20,000 nt of DNA from an uncultured virus (IMG/VR IMGVR_UViG_3300042342_001499) (lineage: Duplodnaviria > Heunggongvirae > Uroviricota > Caudoviricetes): IMG/VR virus record IMGVR_UViG_3300042342_001499. One strand, written 5' to 3'. A model generated the notes under the pieces. The model saw nothing but the letters and a program-made list of their open reading frames with translations. It ran no database searches and was not told where the DNA came from. Positions 7,774 to 14,401 of the stretch are shown one piece after another. The position numbers were made by a program, and so were the translations under genes. Position 1 is the stretch's first letter; each line of letters begins with the position of its first letter.

Positions 7774-8112
7774 TTATTCTTTAATTTCACTGTCCGAAGT
7801 GTAGAAGTTACGTTTACCCCGACGCACTCTGTAGATCACACGACCACCTCGATTTGTGATTTGTTCGAAGCTTAACTGTGTGCCTGCTTTGGCGCAAGAC
7901 GAATTGACAGCTTCTAATCGACGGTTCCAAAATAACCTAACAGGGAATCCGAATTTCTTCGTAAACGTTGCTACTACTACCTCAGGATCAGTACGAGATC
8001 CTCCAACTGGCTCTAGTGCTACAATAGCTCCAGCAGCTTTCTTTCTTTCGCGGTAGGCCTTGTCATAAGCTGCCTTCTTCGCTTTTTGTTCATCTGACAA
8101 TTGTTTTTTCAT
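7774..8112 (-). CDS. basic hypothetical protein, possibly nucleic-acid binding
   Basis: N-terminal LSDEQKAKKAAYDKAYRERKK; C-terminal domain resembles 3081..3293. Confidence 0.8.
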   Translation of the reverse strand: MKKQLSDEQKAKKAAYDKAYRERKKAAGAIVALEPVGGSRTDPEVVVATFTKKFGFPVRLFWNRRLEAVNSSCAKAGTQLSFEQITNRGGRVIYRVRRGKRNFYTSDSEIKE

Positions 8113-8121
8113 TTTTATTTG

Positions 8122-8176
8122 TTTAATTGATTTACTTAGCTAAAGTAGAAATTTCTACTGAGATAAAAAAATGATT
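8122..8176 (-). promoter_or_regulatory. early promoter repeat, TTAG subtype
   Basis: TAGAAATTTCTACTTTAGCTAAGTAAATCAATTAAA. Confidence 0.75.
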
Positions 8177-8184
8177 TTGAGAAT

Positions 8185-8490
8185 TTAATAGAAAAATCTT
8201 TTGATCGTGGTGTCACTATAACCTTGAAACTTCCAGTCAAGAGAGATACGTTCACAACCTACACTCTCGCAAAAGAACGTAAATAGAATGTTCCCGTTAT
8301 CCTTAGGGTTAAGAAAGAAGATCACATCGACATCGCCAGTCTTTTCTTTAAATGCCTCTCCAGCATATTCGATCTCGCATGAGAAACTCTTATTGACGAA
8401 TTGTTCAAATGCTTCTATAGAAGCTATCGGACCTGCTTTAGGCCAGATAAACATTTGTCTCCGAGTTGCCCATGGGTGTTTTCCTTTCAT
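8185..8490 (-). CDS. hypothetical protein
   Basis: 101-aa ORF between two promoter repeats. Confidence 0.8.
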   Translation of the reverse strand: MKGKHPWATRRQMFIWPKAGPIASIEAFEQFVNKSFSCEIEYAGEAFKEKTGDVDVIFFLNPKDNGNILFTFFCESVGCERISLDWKFQGYSDTTIKRFFY

Positions 8491-8496
8491 ATAGAG

Positions 8497-8547
8497 TTAA
8501 TTGGTTAAGACAAATATATGGATTTTTCTACATTATAAAAAATGATT
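8497..8547 (-). promoter_or_regulatory. early promoter/leader repeat, canonical
   Basis: TATATTTGTCTTAACCAATTAA. Confidence 0.85.
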
Positions 8548-8586
8548 TCCAAAAAAATCTAGTCCGCATTTTTCACCGCAGTGCGC

Positions 8587-8600
8587 CTGAGGAGCCCCAG
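8587..8600. repeat. palindromic element CTGAGG-AG-CCCCAG
   Basis: Matches the dispersed palindrome; lies between a terminator and the next promoter. Confidence 0.65.
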
Positions 8601-8631
8601 GGAATTTAGGATGGCCTAAAAAGTTTGTGGC

Positions 8632-8662
8632 AAAAGAAAGGGCCCAGATTTCTCTGAGCCCC
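8632..8662 (-). terminator. intrinsic terminator
   Basis: Minus strand GGGCTCAGA-GAAA-TCTGGGCCC-TTTCTTTT. Confidence 0.8.
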
Positions 8663-8695
8663 GCGTTTAAACCAACTAAACACTAAACGTCTTTC

Positions 8696-9172
8696 TTACT
8701 CTTGCGAACTACATCCATAAACATCAGCAACTGATTCAAACTTATCTCCATCAACAACTTTCCATTCATTATTCAGGGTGAACACATATCCGTATTGTTC
8801 ATAATCAGATTGTTGGTATTCTCCAATAGAGGCGTCAATTCTAGCTTCTTGTAGATCTTCGCCTCTGTCCCTATGATAAGCAACGGTCACGTCTTTTTGT
8901 GGTTCATCAAAAGTGTGTACAGATTTAGGTAACACTTTAAATTCTTTTAACATCCTAACTCCAATAAGGTGTTCCATAGGTTCAGAAGGTGCAATATTCT
9001 TACATAAAGAGCTGATTGCTCCTAAAGCGATTAGCTCTTTCACCTTCTCACGGTCTGAGTAATACTCAACTAACATTCTTCCGTTTCCTGTTGGATATCC
9101 GTCCCAGTGACAATAAATCGAAGAGACTGTGCCATCTTCGTTTTCTATTCCTATCCTAGATCTTGTTGCCAT
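8696..9172 (-). CDS. conserved phage hypothetical protein (YCHWDGYP family)
   Basis: N-terminus MATRSRIG...SIYCHWDGYP, a motif I recall from phage hypotheticals; function unknown. Confidence 0.8.
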   Translation of the reverse strand: MATRSRIGIENEDGTVSSIYCHWDGYPTGNGRMLVEYYSDREKVKELIALGAISSLCKNIAPSEPMEHLIGVRMLKEFKVLPKSVHTFDEPQKDVTVAYHRDRGEDLQEARIDASIGEYQQSDYEQYGYVFTLNNEWKVVDGDKFESVADVYGCSSQE

Positions 9173-9177
9173 ATCAG

Positions 9178-9324
9178 TTAATTATTAATTTCGATTGTAA
9201 TTGTAAAGCCTGAACCGAATGCCATTCTATACTCTGCTGCTAAATATTCTGCAGAACTAAGGGAGTCAGCGGTATCTATTACTTCCCTTCCGTAACGCGA
9301 TATTGATATGATTTTGTATTTCAT
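9178..9324 (-). CDS. 48-aa hypothetical protein (MKYKIISISRYGREVIDTADSLSSAEYLAAEYRMAFGSGF...)
   Basis: Manual translation, below the ORF-track cutoff; fills the gap between promoter 9333-9384 and the next gene. Confidence 0.75.
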   Translation of the reverse strand: MKYKIISISRYGREVIDTADSLSSAEYLAAEYRMAFGSGFTITIEINN

Positions 9325-9332
9325 TAGTGTGT

Positions 9333-9384
9333 TTTAATTGGTTAAGACAAATATAGAAAAATCTATTTGATTAAAAAAATGATT
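9333..9384 (-). promoter_or_regulatory. early promoter/leader repeat, canonical
   Basis: TATATTTGTCTTAACCAATTAAA. Confidence 0.85.
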
Positions 9385-9394
9385 CAAAGAAAAG

Positions 9395-9610
9395 TTACTC
9401 GCTTATTTTTTCAATCCATTCTCTATCAATGAAACTAACGGAACCATTCCCAAATTGAATTTGAATACTTTCATCTCTAACATCATCATCTAATATGTCT
9501 ACATCAAATACTTCATCTTGTAATACTTTCTCCACTTCCATTATTTGTTCTCCATCTTCATCAAACCCAAAACATTCAATAAATTGATCTTTTAAAAATT
9601 TAATTTTCAT
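9395..9610 (-). CDS. small acidic hypothetical protein
   Basis: 71-aa D/E-rich ORF between two promoter repeats. Confidence 0.8.
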   Translation of the reverse strand: MKIKFLKDQFIECFGFDEDGEQIMEVEKVLQDEVFDVDILDDDVRDESIQIQFGNGSVSFIDREWIEKISE

Positions 9611-9620
9611 AATTTCTTTT

Positions 9621-9669
9621 TTTTGGTTAAGACAAATATAGAAAATTCTATTTAATTAAAAAAATGATT
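9621..9669 (-). promoter_or_regulatory. early promoter/leader repeat, canonical
   Basis: TAGAATTTTCTATATTTGTCTTAACCAA; overlaps the stop codon of 9669..9893. Confidence 0.85.
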
Positions 9670-9893
9670 TAATCAACCATGAACCAATTTTCTTCCAACA
9701 AAGATACCTCAGATTCATTAAACACATTATCAGAGTTGTCCACACAACAATCGACCTTACCAAAGTCAGTATCTTCAATTGCTAGATCAGCTTTTTTCAT
9801 AAAGTCATCCAAAGTATCAAATTCGATAGTCTTTGTTATAGTGGGATATCCTTGGATTTTTCTACCACTAATTTTAATATCTACTCGTCTCAT
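9669..9893 (-). CDS. small acidic hypothetical protein
   Basis: 74-aa ORF. Confidence 0.75.
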   Translation of the reverse strand: MRRVDIKISGRKIQGYPTITKTIEFDTLDDFMKKADLAIEDTDFGKVDCCVDNSDNVFNESEVSLLEENWFMVD

Positions 9894-9929
9894 AATTTTT
9901 AGTTGTTAGTTAATTTTTAGTTGTTAGTT

Positions 9930-10232
9930 TTATTCCCACTCATCCCATTCGCTTTCTTCTTCCTCTTCTTCCTCTCCGTCATCAGCATCAAAAATGTTAT
10001 TTACACCATCAATCTTTTCCTCAGTAAGCAATTGTGCTGTACACCATCTCTGTGCCCACACCGCAATATACTCTTCCTTGTAATAATTAATTGCATCCTC
10101 TTCTGTCTCGTCATCCTCCTCACTTAAGTATTCATTAATTTCATCCTGAGTGATTTCAAAGCTCTCAACCAAAACACCTCCAGGTAAATACTCATTCGGT
10201 CCAGTAATAATTGCTTTATATTTTCTTTCCAT
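9930..10232 (-). CDS. highly acidic hypothetical protein
   Basis: 100 aa, ends DADDGEEEEEEESEWDEWE. Confidence 0.8.
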   Translation of the reverse strand: MERKYKAIITGPNEYLPGGVLVESFEITQDEINEYLSEEDDETEEDAINYYKEEYIAVWAQRWCTAQLLTEEKIDGVNNIFDADDGEEEEEEESEWDEWE

Positions 10233-10235
10233 GTG

Positions 10236-10287
10236 AATTGGTTTACTTAGCTAATGTAGAAAATTCTATTTAATTAAAAAAATGATT
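10236..10287 (-). promoter_or_regulatory. early promoter repeat, TTAG subtype
   Basis: TAGAATTTTCTACATTAGCTAAGTAAACCAATT. Confidence 0.8.
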
Positions 10288-10310
10288 TATTAAATAACAC
10301 CAAATTATAC

Positions 10311-10784
10311 TTATTTTTTAAGAGATTCTAAAGCTTTGATTAAAGAATCTAATTGATCATTATCCAAATTCTTAAATGGTTCTATTAGGGATTTAGCATC
10401 GAATAATAATTTGTTATATTTAGATTCATCAAATCCATAAATTTCAAAATCATCAATGGAAAGATCTTCTAATGGTGTTTCAACATTTTCTTCAAAATCT
10501 CCAAGATCTATTCCTAAAGATTCTAATTCATCAGGAGTTAATTCTAAAGTTGTTCTCAATTCCCATTTATCAAATCCGCCATCCCCATCTATCCTTTCAA
10601 ATTCTTTAAAATTTCCCCAAGAACTTCCCCAATTGCCTTCAAATGTTTTTAAGATAGATGTCATGAAATTGCGATTTGGAGCAATGAATGCCACGATGTC
10701 ATTTCTAGTGTAATGACCCATCCCAGTTCTTGAAGATACATGATCATAAACATAAAGTGTTGGAACTCCTTTTGATTTTTTCAT
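10311..10784 (-). CDS. hypothetical protein, acidic C-terminal half
   Basis: 157-aa ORF with its own promoter repeat. Confidence 0.85.
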   Translation of the reverse strand: MKKSKGVPTLYVYDHVSSRTGMGHYTRNDIVAFIAPNRNFMTSILKTFEGNWGSSWGNFKEFERIDGDGGFDKWELRTTLELTPDELESLGIDLGDFEENVETPLEDLSIDDFEIYGFDESKYNKLLFDAKSLIEPFKNLDNDQLDSLIKALESLKK

Positions 10785-10795
10785 TTTTTATATGT

Positions 10796-10847
10796 TTTAA
10801 TTGGTTAGGACAAATATAGAAAATTCTATTTAATTAAAAAAATGATT
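10796..10847 (-). promoter_or_regulatory. early promoter/leader repeat, canonical
   Basis: TATATTTGTCCTAACCAATTAAA. Confidence 0.85.
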
Positions 10848-10849
10848 TA

Positions 10850-11272
10850 TTAAATAACACCAAATCGGCCTAACATATTAGCTCCTTTGATAATTTTGGT
10901 ATCTATGTGGGGTAGTAATAATGCCCAATCTTTTTTCGGTAATTCATTCTTTAAACTAGCTATTGCTATTTCGAGTTTTATTCCCTTTTTAATTTTTTCG
11001 AATATTAGCTCGGTTGCTTTAGGACTCACACAATTTGAGTAGTCTATTCTTATACCCATCTCATGTTTGTAAAAATCAGGTTTAGTCTTAGAGGGAGTAG
11101 GAATGATTCTTTTTCCTAATAAACTAGCCACCTTTGATATATGCCTGGTTGTGGTTCTTGAGAATTTACCTCTCTCATTAATAGAGTCGCCATCTATAGA
11201 AGCCACTTCGGTTTCATAACTAATGATCCGATCATCTACTACAAAAAGATTATTGCTCACTTTGAAAATCAT
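10850..11272 (-). CDS. hypothetical protein sharing the C-terminal module of the LRR proteins
   Basis: N-terminal ISYETEVA...SRTTTRH; C-terminal ...SLKNEL..DWALLLPHI...GANMLGRFGVI. Confidence 0.8.
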   Translation of the reverse strand: MIFKVSNNLFVVDDRIISYETEVASIDGDSINERGKFSRTTTRHISKVASLLGKRIIPTPSKTKPDFYKHEMGIRIDYSNCVSPKATELIFEKIKKGIKLEIAIASLKNELPKKDWALLLPHIDTKIIKGANMLGRFGVI

Positions 11273-11274
11273 GA

Positions 11275-11442
11275 TTATTTGTTTTTAGTGTCTAACGCGC
11301 CTTGCTTATCAAGAAAATATGTTAATGATTTAGTAGCTTTATCCGCTTTATCAATGTCTTGGCTTTCAACTGCAGTCAGTAAAACCTGTGTGTGGTATTG
11401 GATCTTGTCCCAATATCCGTTAGGGTATTTTTCTGTTTTCAT
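11275..11442 (-). CDS. 55-aa hypothetical protein (MKTEKYPNGYWDKIQYHTQVLLTAVESQ...)
   Basis: Manual translation; fills the gap between neighbours with 2-4 nt spacing. Confidence 0.75.
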   Translation of the reverse strand: MKTEKYPNGYWDKIQYHTQVLLTAVESQDIDKADKATKSLTYFLDKQGALDTKNK

Positions 11443-11446
11443 ATCT

Positions 11447-11668
11447 TTATTCTTTAGGTAACAAATGACAGAAAGTTGCTCTTCCTGTGCGCTTAACTAC
11501 ATCACCATCAAATGAATTGTACTCCATCTCGGTGGCTTTCTTAAAAGGTAACTCTTGATCTAGGAAAGAATTAACAATCATCAACTCCTCATCTGATCCT
11601 CTATCAACCGCTATAACCCCTATAATCTTACCTCTTGCGTTTTCGATCTTTATGAAATTGATTTCCAT
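11447..11668 (-). CDS. hypothetical protein
   Basis: 73-aa ORF after promoter 11678-11729. Confidence 0.8.
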   Translation of the reverse strand: MEINFIKIENARGKIIGVIAVDRGSDEELMIVNSFLDQELPFKKATEMEYNSFDGDVVKRTGRATFCHLLPKE

Positions 11669-11677
11669 AATGCTCTG

Positions 11678-11729
11678 TTTAATTGGTTATATCAAATATA
11701 TAGAATATTCCACAAAAATAAAAATGATT
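11678..11729 (-). promoter_or_regulatory. early promoter/leader repeat
   Basis: TATATTTGATATAACCAATTAAA. Confidence 0.8.
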
Positions 11730-11775
11730 TCCAAGAAAGTTTTAAACTGAAGGTTTCTAGGATCCCTATGAATCC

Positions 11776-11789
11776 CTGGGGTTCCTCAG
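11776..11789. repeat. palindromic element CTGGGG-TT-CCTCAG
   Basis: CCCTGGGGTTCCTCAGGAA identical to 2934-2952. Confidence 0.75.
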
Positions 11790-11822
11790 GAAGTTTACTG
11801 AAGTGCTGAAAAAAAGCCCAAC

Positions 11823-11855
11823 AAAAAAGCCCGAGTATAAACTCAGGCTTTTTTT
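11823..11855. terminator. intrinsic terminator, possibly bidirectional
   Basis: A6-GCCCGAGT...ACTCAGGC-T7. Confidence 0.8.
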
Positions 11856-11870
11856 ATATAGTGGAAGTTG

Positions 11871-12302
11871 CTATTGAATAGTCTCCTTCTCTTTGATTTC
11901 TGTGATATCTTCCATAATAGAACTAAGTGTGCGAGAGCTTTTTGCTCTAATTCTTTTTTCAACTTTAGCTATTCTTCCCTCAAGTACATTGTAAACACGT
12001 GTTTTTAATCTCATACGTATAGTGTCTCCGTAATGTAAATTGTACTGGAACTTACCATTAATAATCTGTAGGTCGTTACCATCAAGAATAATGTAAATGT
12101 CATTAACCTCTATATAGATTATGTCATTTAAGGGAGATAAGTGAATCTCAGCGTCTTTAAGAGACAATGTTTTTTCAAATATACTAATCCCCATTTTTTG
12201 CTGATCTGATAAATCGGGGGTTTTTATTATCATCATTCCTAAATTATTACTTCTTCTTAATAATCTAAGCCATTGAACTCTGATGCCTCTCTTAATGTTC
12301 AT
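11871..12302 (-). CDS. hypothetical protein
   Basis: 143-aa ORF. Confidence 0.8.
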   Translation of the reverse strand: MNIKRGIRVQWLRLLRRSNNLGMMIIKTPDLSDQQKMGISIFEKTLSLKDAEIHLSPLNDIIYIEVNDIYIILDGNDLQIINGKFQYNLHYGDTIRMRLKTRVYNVLEGRIAKVEKRIRAKSSRTLSSIMEDITEIKEKETIQ

Positions 12303-12319
12303 ATATTTGTGTTTAGTGG

Positions 12320-12565
12320 TTACTTAATTATTTTAACCTTCTCTACCGACTCCGCAATCGCTCTCCACTCCTTAAGATCCAAATCAAAATAGGGTGTTCC
12401 TAAGTGAGCCTTGTTACCTCCCTTTGGATGCCATTCTTCTGGTATTAAATCTAAACGTGTAGTACCATATGCCGCTCTCTTTGAACCATCAACTTTTTCG
12501 AACTCAAATCTGACTTCTCCTTTAGCTAAACGTTTTTCTAAGACACTTCTTTTAATCTTTCCCAT
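12320..12565 (-). CDS. WYL_2 / Sm-like SH3 beta-barrel protein (DUF2693-like), paralog 2
   Basis: FEFEKVDGSKRAAYGTT...HPKGG...YFDLDLKEWRA. Confidence 0.8.
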   Translation of the reverse strand: MGKIKRSVLEKRLAKGEVRFEFEKVDGSKRAAYGTTRLDLIPEEWHPKGGNKAHLGTPYFDLDLKEWRAIAESVEKVKIIK

Positions 12566-12586
12566 ATGATATTATAGTCGTTTTTA

Positions 12587-12642
12587 CTGGTTTTGTTTCT
12601 TAATACAAATATATGTAGATTTTTCTAATTAAAAAAATGATT
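12587..12642 (-). promoter_or_regulatory. early promoter repeat
   Basis: AATCATTTTTTTAATTAGAAAAATCTACATATATTTG. Confidence 0.75.
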
Positions 12643-13328
12643 TAATTAAAAAGTCCAAACCGACCTAACATACTAACTCCTGGTCGTATAGCCTCAGGAA
12701 TATGAGGAGCAATCAATTTCCATTCTTCCTCACTCATTTCGTTTCTTAAACTCGCTGCTGCTGACAAAAAAGAATCACCCTCTTTCATTTTATCAAATAT
12801 TGTCACTAATGTTTTCGCGGAGACTGGATTGACGTCACACCAGAACTTCCCTAAATGAACATTGAGTGTTGCTCCCTCAAGTGAGGCGAGACGATTTCTG
12901 TCACACCAGAAACCCCTGCCAACACTCTGTGGTGCTCCCACAAGTGAGATGAGCTGATTGTTGCTACAAGAGAACTCACTACCAACCTTGAGTGGTGCTC
13001 CCACAAGTGAGGTGAGGCGATTGCCGTCACAATGGAAAAGCCCTTTAACCTTATGTGGTGCTCCCACAAGTGAGGTGAGCTGATTGTTTGTACAAGAGAA
13101 ACTCCCTCTAACCTTCTGTGGTGCTCCCACAAGTGAGGCGAGTGAATTGTTGTCACACAAGAAATCCCCCGTAACCTTTCCGAACTTAACACCTTTAAAA
13201 TCTGAAAGTCCCTGAAATGAACAAATGAAATCCCCAAACACATCAACAAGTCCAGTCTGGAGGTTTAGAGTACATCCTTTAGCACATTTGTCGAGCCAAT
13301 TGATTTGTTCTTGGGTTAGAGAGGTCAT
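12642..13328 (-). CDS. 22-aa leucine-rich-repeat protein, paralog 2 (5 repeats)
   Basis: Repeats of NxLxSLVGAPxKVxxxFxC; 66-bp nucleotide periodicity. Confidence 0.85.
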   Translation of the reverse strand: MTSLTQEQINWLDKCAKGCTLNLQTGLVDVFGDFICSFQGLSDFKGVKFGKVTGDFLCDNNSLASLVGAPQKVRGSFSCTNNQLTSLVGAPHKVKGLFHCDGNRLTSLVGAPLKVGSEFSCSNNQLISLVGAPQSVGRGFWCDRNRLASLEGATLNVHLGKFWCDVNPVSAKTLVTIFDKMKEGDSFLSAAASLRNEMSEEEWKLIAPHIPEAIRPGVSMLGRFGLFN

Positions 13329-13336
13329 TAGAGGGT

Positions 13337-13388
13337 TTTAATTGGTTAACTCAAATATAGAAAAATCTACCCAATTAAAAAAATGATT
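13337..13388 (-). promoter_or_regulatory. early promoter/leader repeat, canonical
   Basis: TATATTTGAGTTAACCAATTAAA. Confidence 0.85.
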
Positions 13389-13393
13389 CCTAA

Positions 13394-14350
13394 TTATCCC
13401 TTCTTCGGGATTCTAAACAGAGTGTCAAGTATTTCCATTCGTCTCACTAAATCCGAGTCATCTAAAGGAAGTACATCTGAAGGGGATTGTGTGTCCTCGT
13501 CTTCTCCTTCCAAATCGTATTTGACATCACCCGTTGCTGAAAGGTCGAATTGCATTTTTATATTAACCTCGCCTCTTCGGTTCTTAGTGAACATCACATA
13601 GCGAGTACCGTCCTTATCAAACCTAAGCTCCATCATACCTGTCGTATTATGCTTAAGCTTATTTGATCCGAGAAACACTCCCTCTTTTGTGACCTGTTGG
13701 ATACACAAGAAACTCGTCCACTTCTTAGAGTCATTATTCGACATGTTGTGGTGACGCATAAGATCGATTAACCATTTCTCCGTCTTCTTAGCTGTCATAC
13801 CGCTGGCTTCCGCAACCGTGTCCTGAACCTCGACAAATGAATCGATAAGTACCACATCGTAACCTCGGTTCAACATAGTCTCAATAATTGATTTGGGATT
13901 TTCGTCTATGTACTCGCCAAGGAATAGAATGTCGAGATCTCCAAACTTAGGATATCGTTGTACGTATCTGTAAAGATCCACTCGGTCCATTTCACCAGAT
14001 ATGAAAAGTACTGAAGCTCCGTTATTCTGTAAGTCGGCTAGAATATCCATCGACACTGTGCTCTTACCGACACCAGGGTCTCCAACCAACATAAAGTTGG
14101 TAGCCCTAGGAAAACCACCTTCGGAACTTAGAAGGGTGTCGATTGGCTTATGCGTCTTAAGGCACTTAAATAAATCGGGGTCAAATGAGAGTTCGCTCAT
14201 CTTCACACTCTCTGGAGAAATCCCTATTGCCTTAGCCGCTTCCGAGATCGTGTCGCCTTTAGCTAATCTCTTAGCTTCAAAACTCTTCCGAACACTCTCA
14301 GCGATTTTCGCTTTAGCTTCATCTGACATGGGTTTTCTTGGTGCATTCAT
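13394..14350 (-). CDS. RadA/Sms-like RecA-superfamily ATPase lacking the Zn finger and Lon-like domain
   Basis: Walker A GDPGVGKST, LFISGE, Walker B VLIDS, QVTKEG..GSNKLKH, KNRRG (RadA signature is KNRFG). Confidence 0.85.
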   Translation of the reverse strand: MNAPRKPMSDEAKAKIAESVRKSFEAKRLAKGDTISEAAKAIGISPESVKMSELSFDPDLFKCLKTHKPIDTLLSSEGGFPRATNFMLVGDPGVGKSTVSMDILADLQNNGASVLFISGEMDRVDLYRYVQRYPKFGDLDILFLGEYIDENPKSIIETMLNRGYDVVLIDSFVEVQDTVAEASGMTAKKTEKWLIDLMRHHNMSNNDSKKWTSFLCIQQVTKEGVFLGSNKLKHNTTGMMELRFDKDGTRYVMFTKNRRGEVNIKMQFDLSATGDVKYDLEGEDEDTQSPSDVLPLDDSDLVRRMEILDTLFRIPKKG

Positions 14351-14401
14351 TTTATGAGATTTGAGATAAAAATAATCAATCGATTCCGAAATAAAAAATG
14401 A

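Larger units (their letters stand above)
10257..10865. repeat. 49-bp perfect direct repeat (10257-10305 and 10817-10865) flanking gene 10311..10784
   Basis: TAGAAAATTCTATTTAATTAAAAAAATGATTTATTAAATAACACCAAAT occurs twice, 560 bp apart. Confidence 0.9.

Noticed and set aside
12864..13145. CRISPR-like array of ~25-bp repeats with ~41-bp spacers
   Set aside because: The period is 66 bp in frame, the 'spacers' are homologous to each other and encode LRR consensus residues, and there are no cas genes or leader.
12851..13249. Alternative-frame HLWEHH repeat ORFs (also 1665..1892)
   Set aside because: Frame-shifted readings of the LRR nucleotide repeat with no independent start signals.
1492..13328. 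DGR template/variable repeat pair between the two LRR genes
   Set aside because: Mismatches are not restricted to adenines, both copies are intact genes with promoters, and there is no reverse transcriptase in the window.
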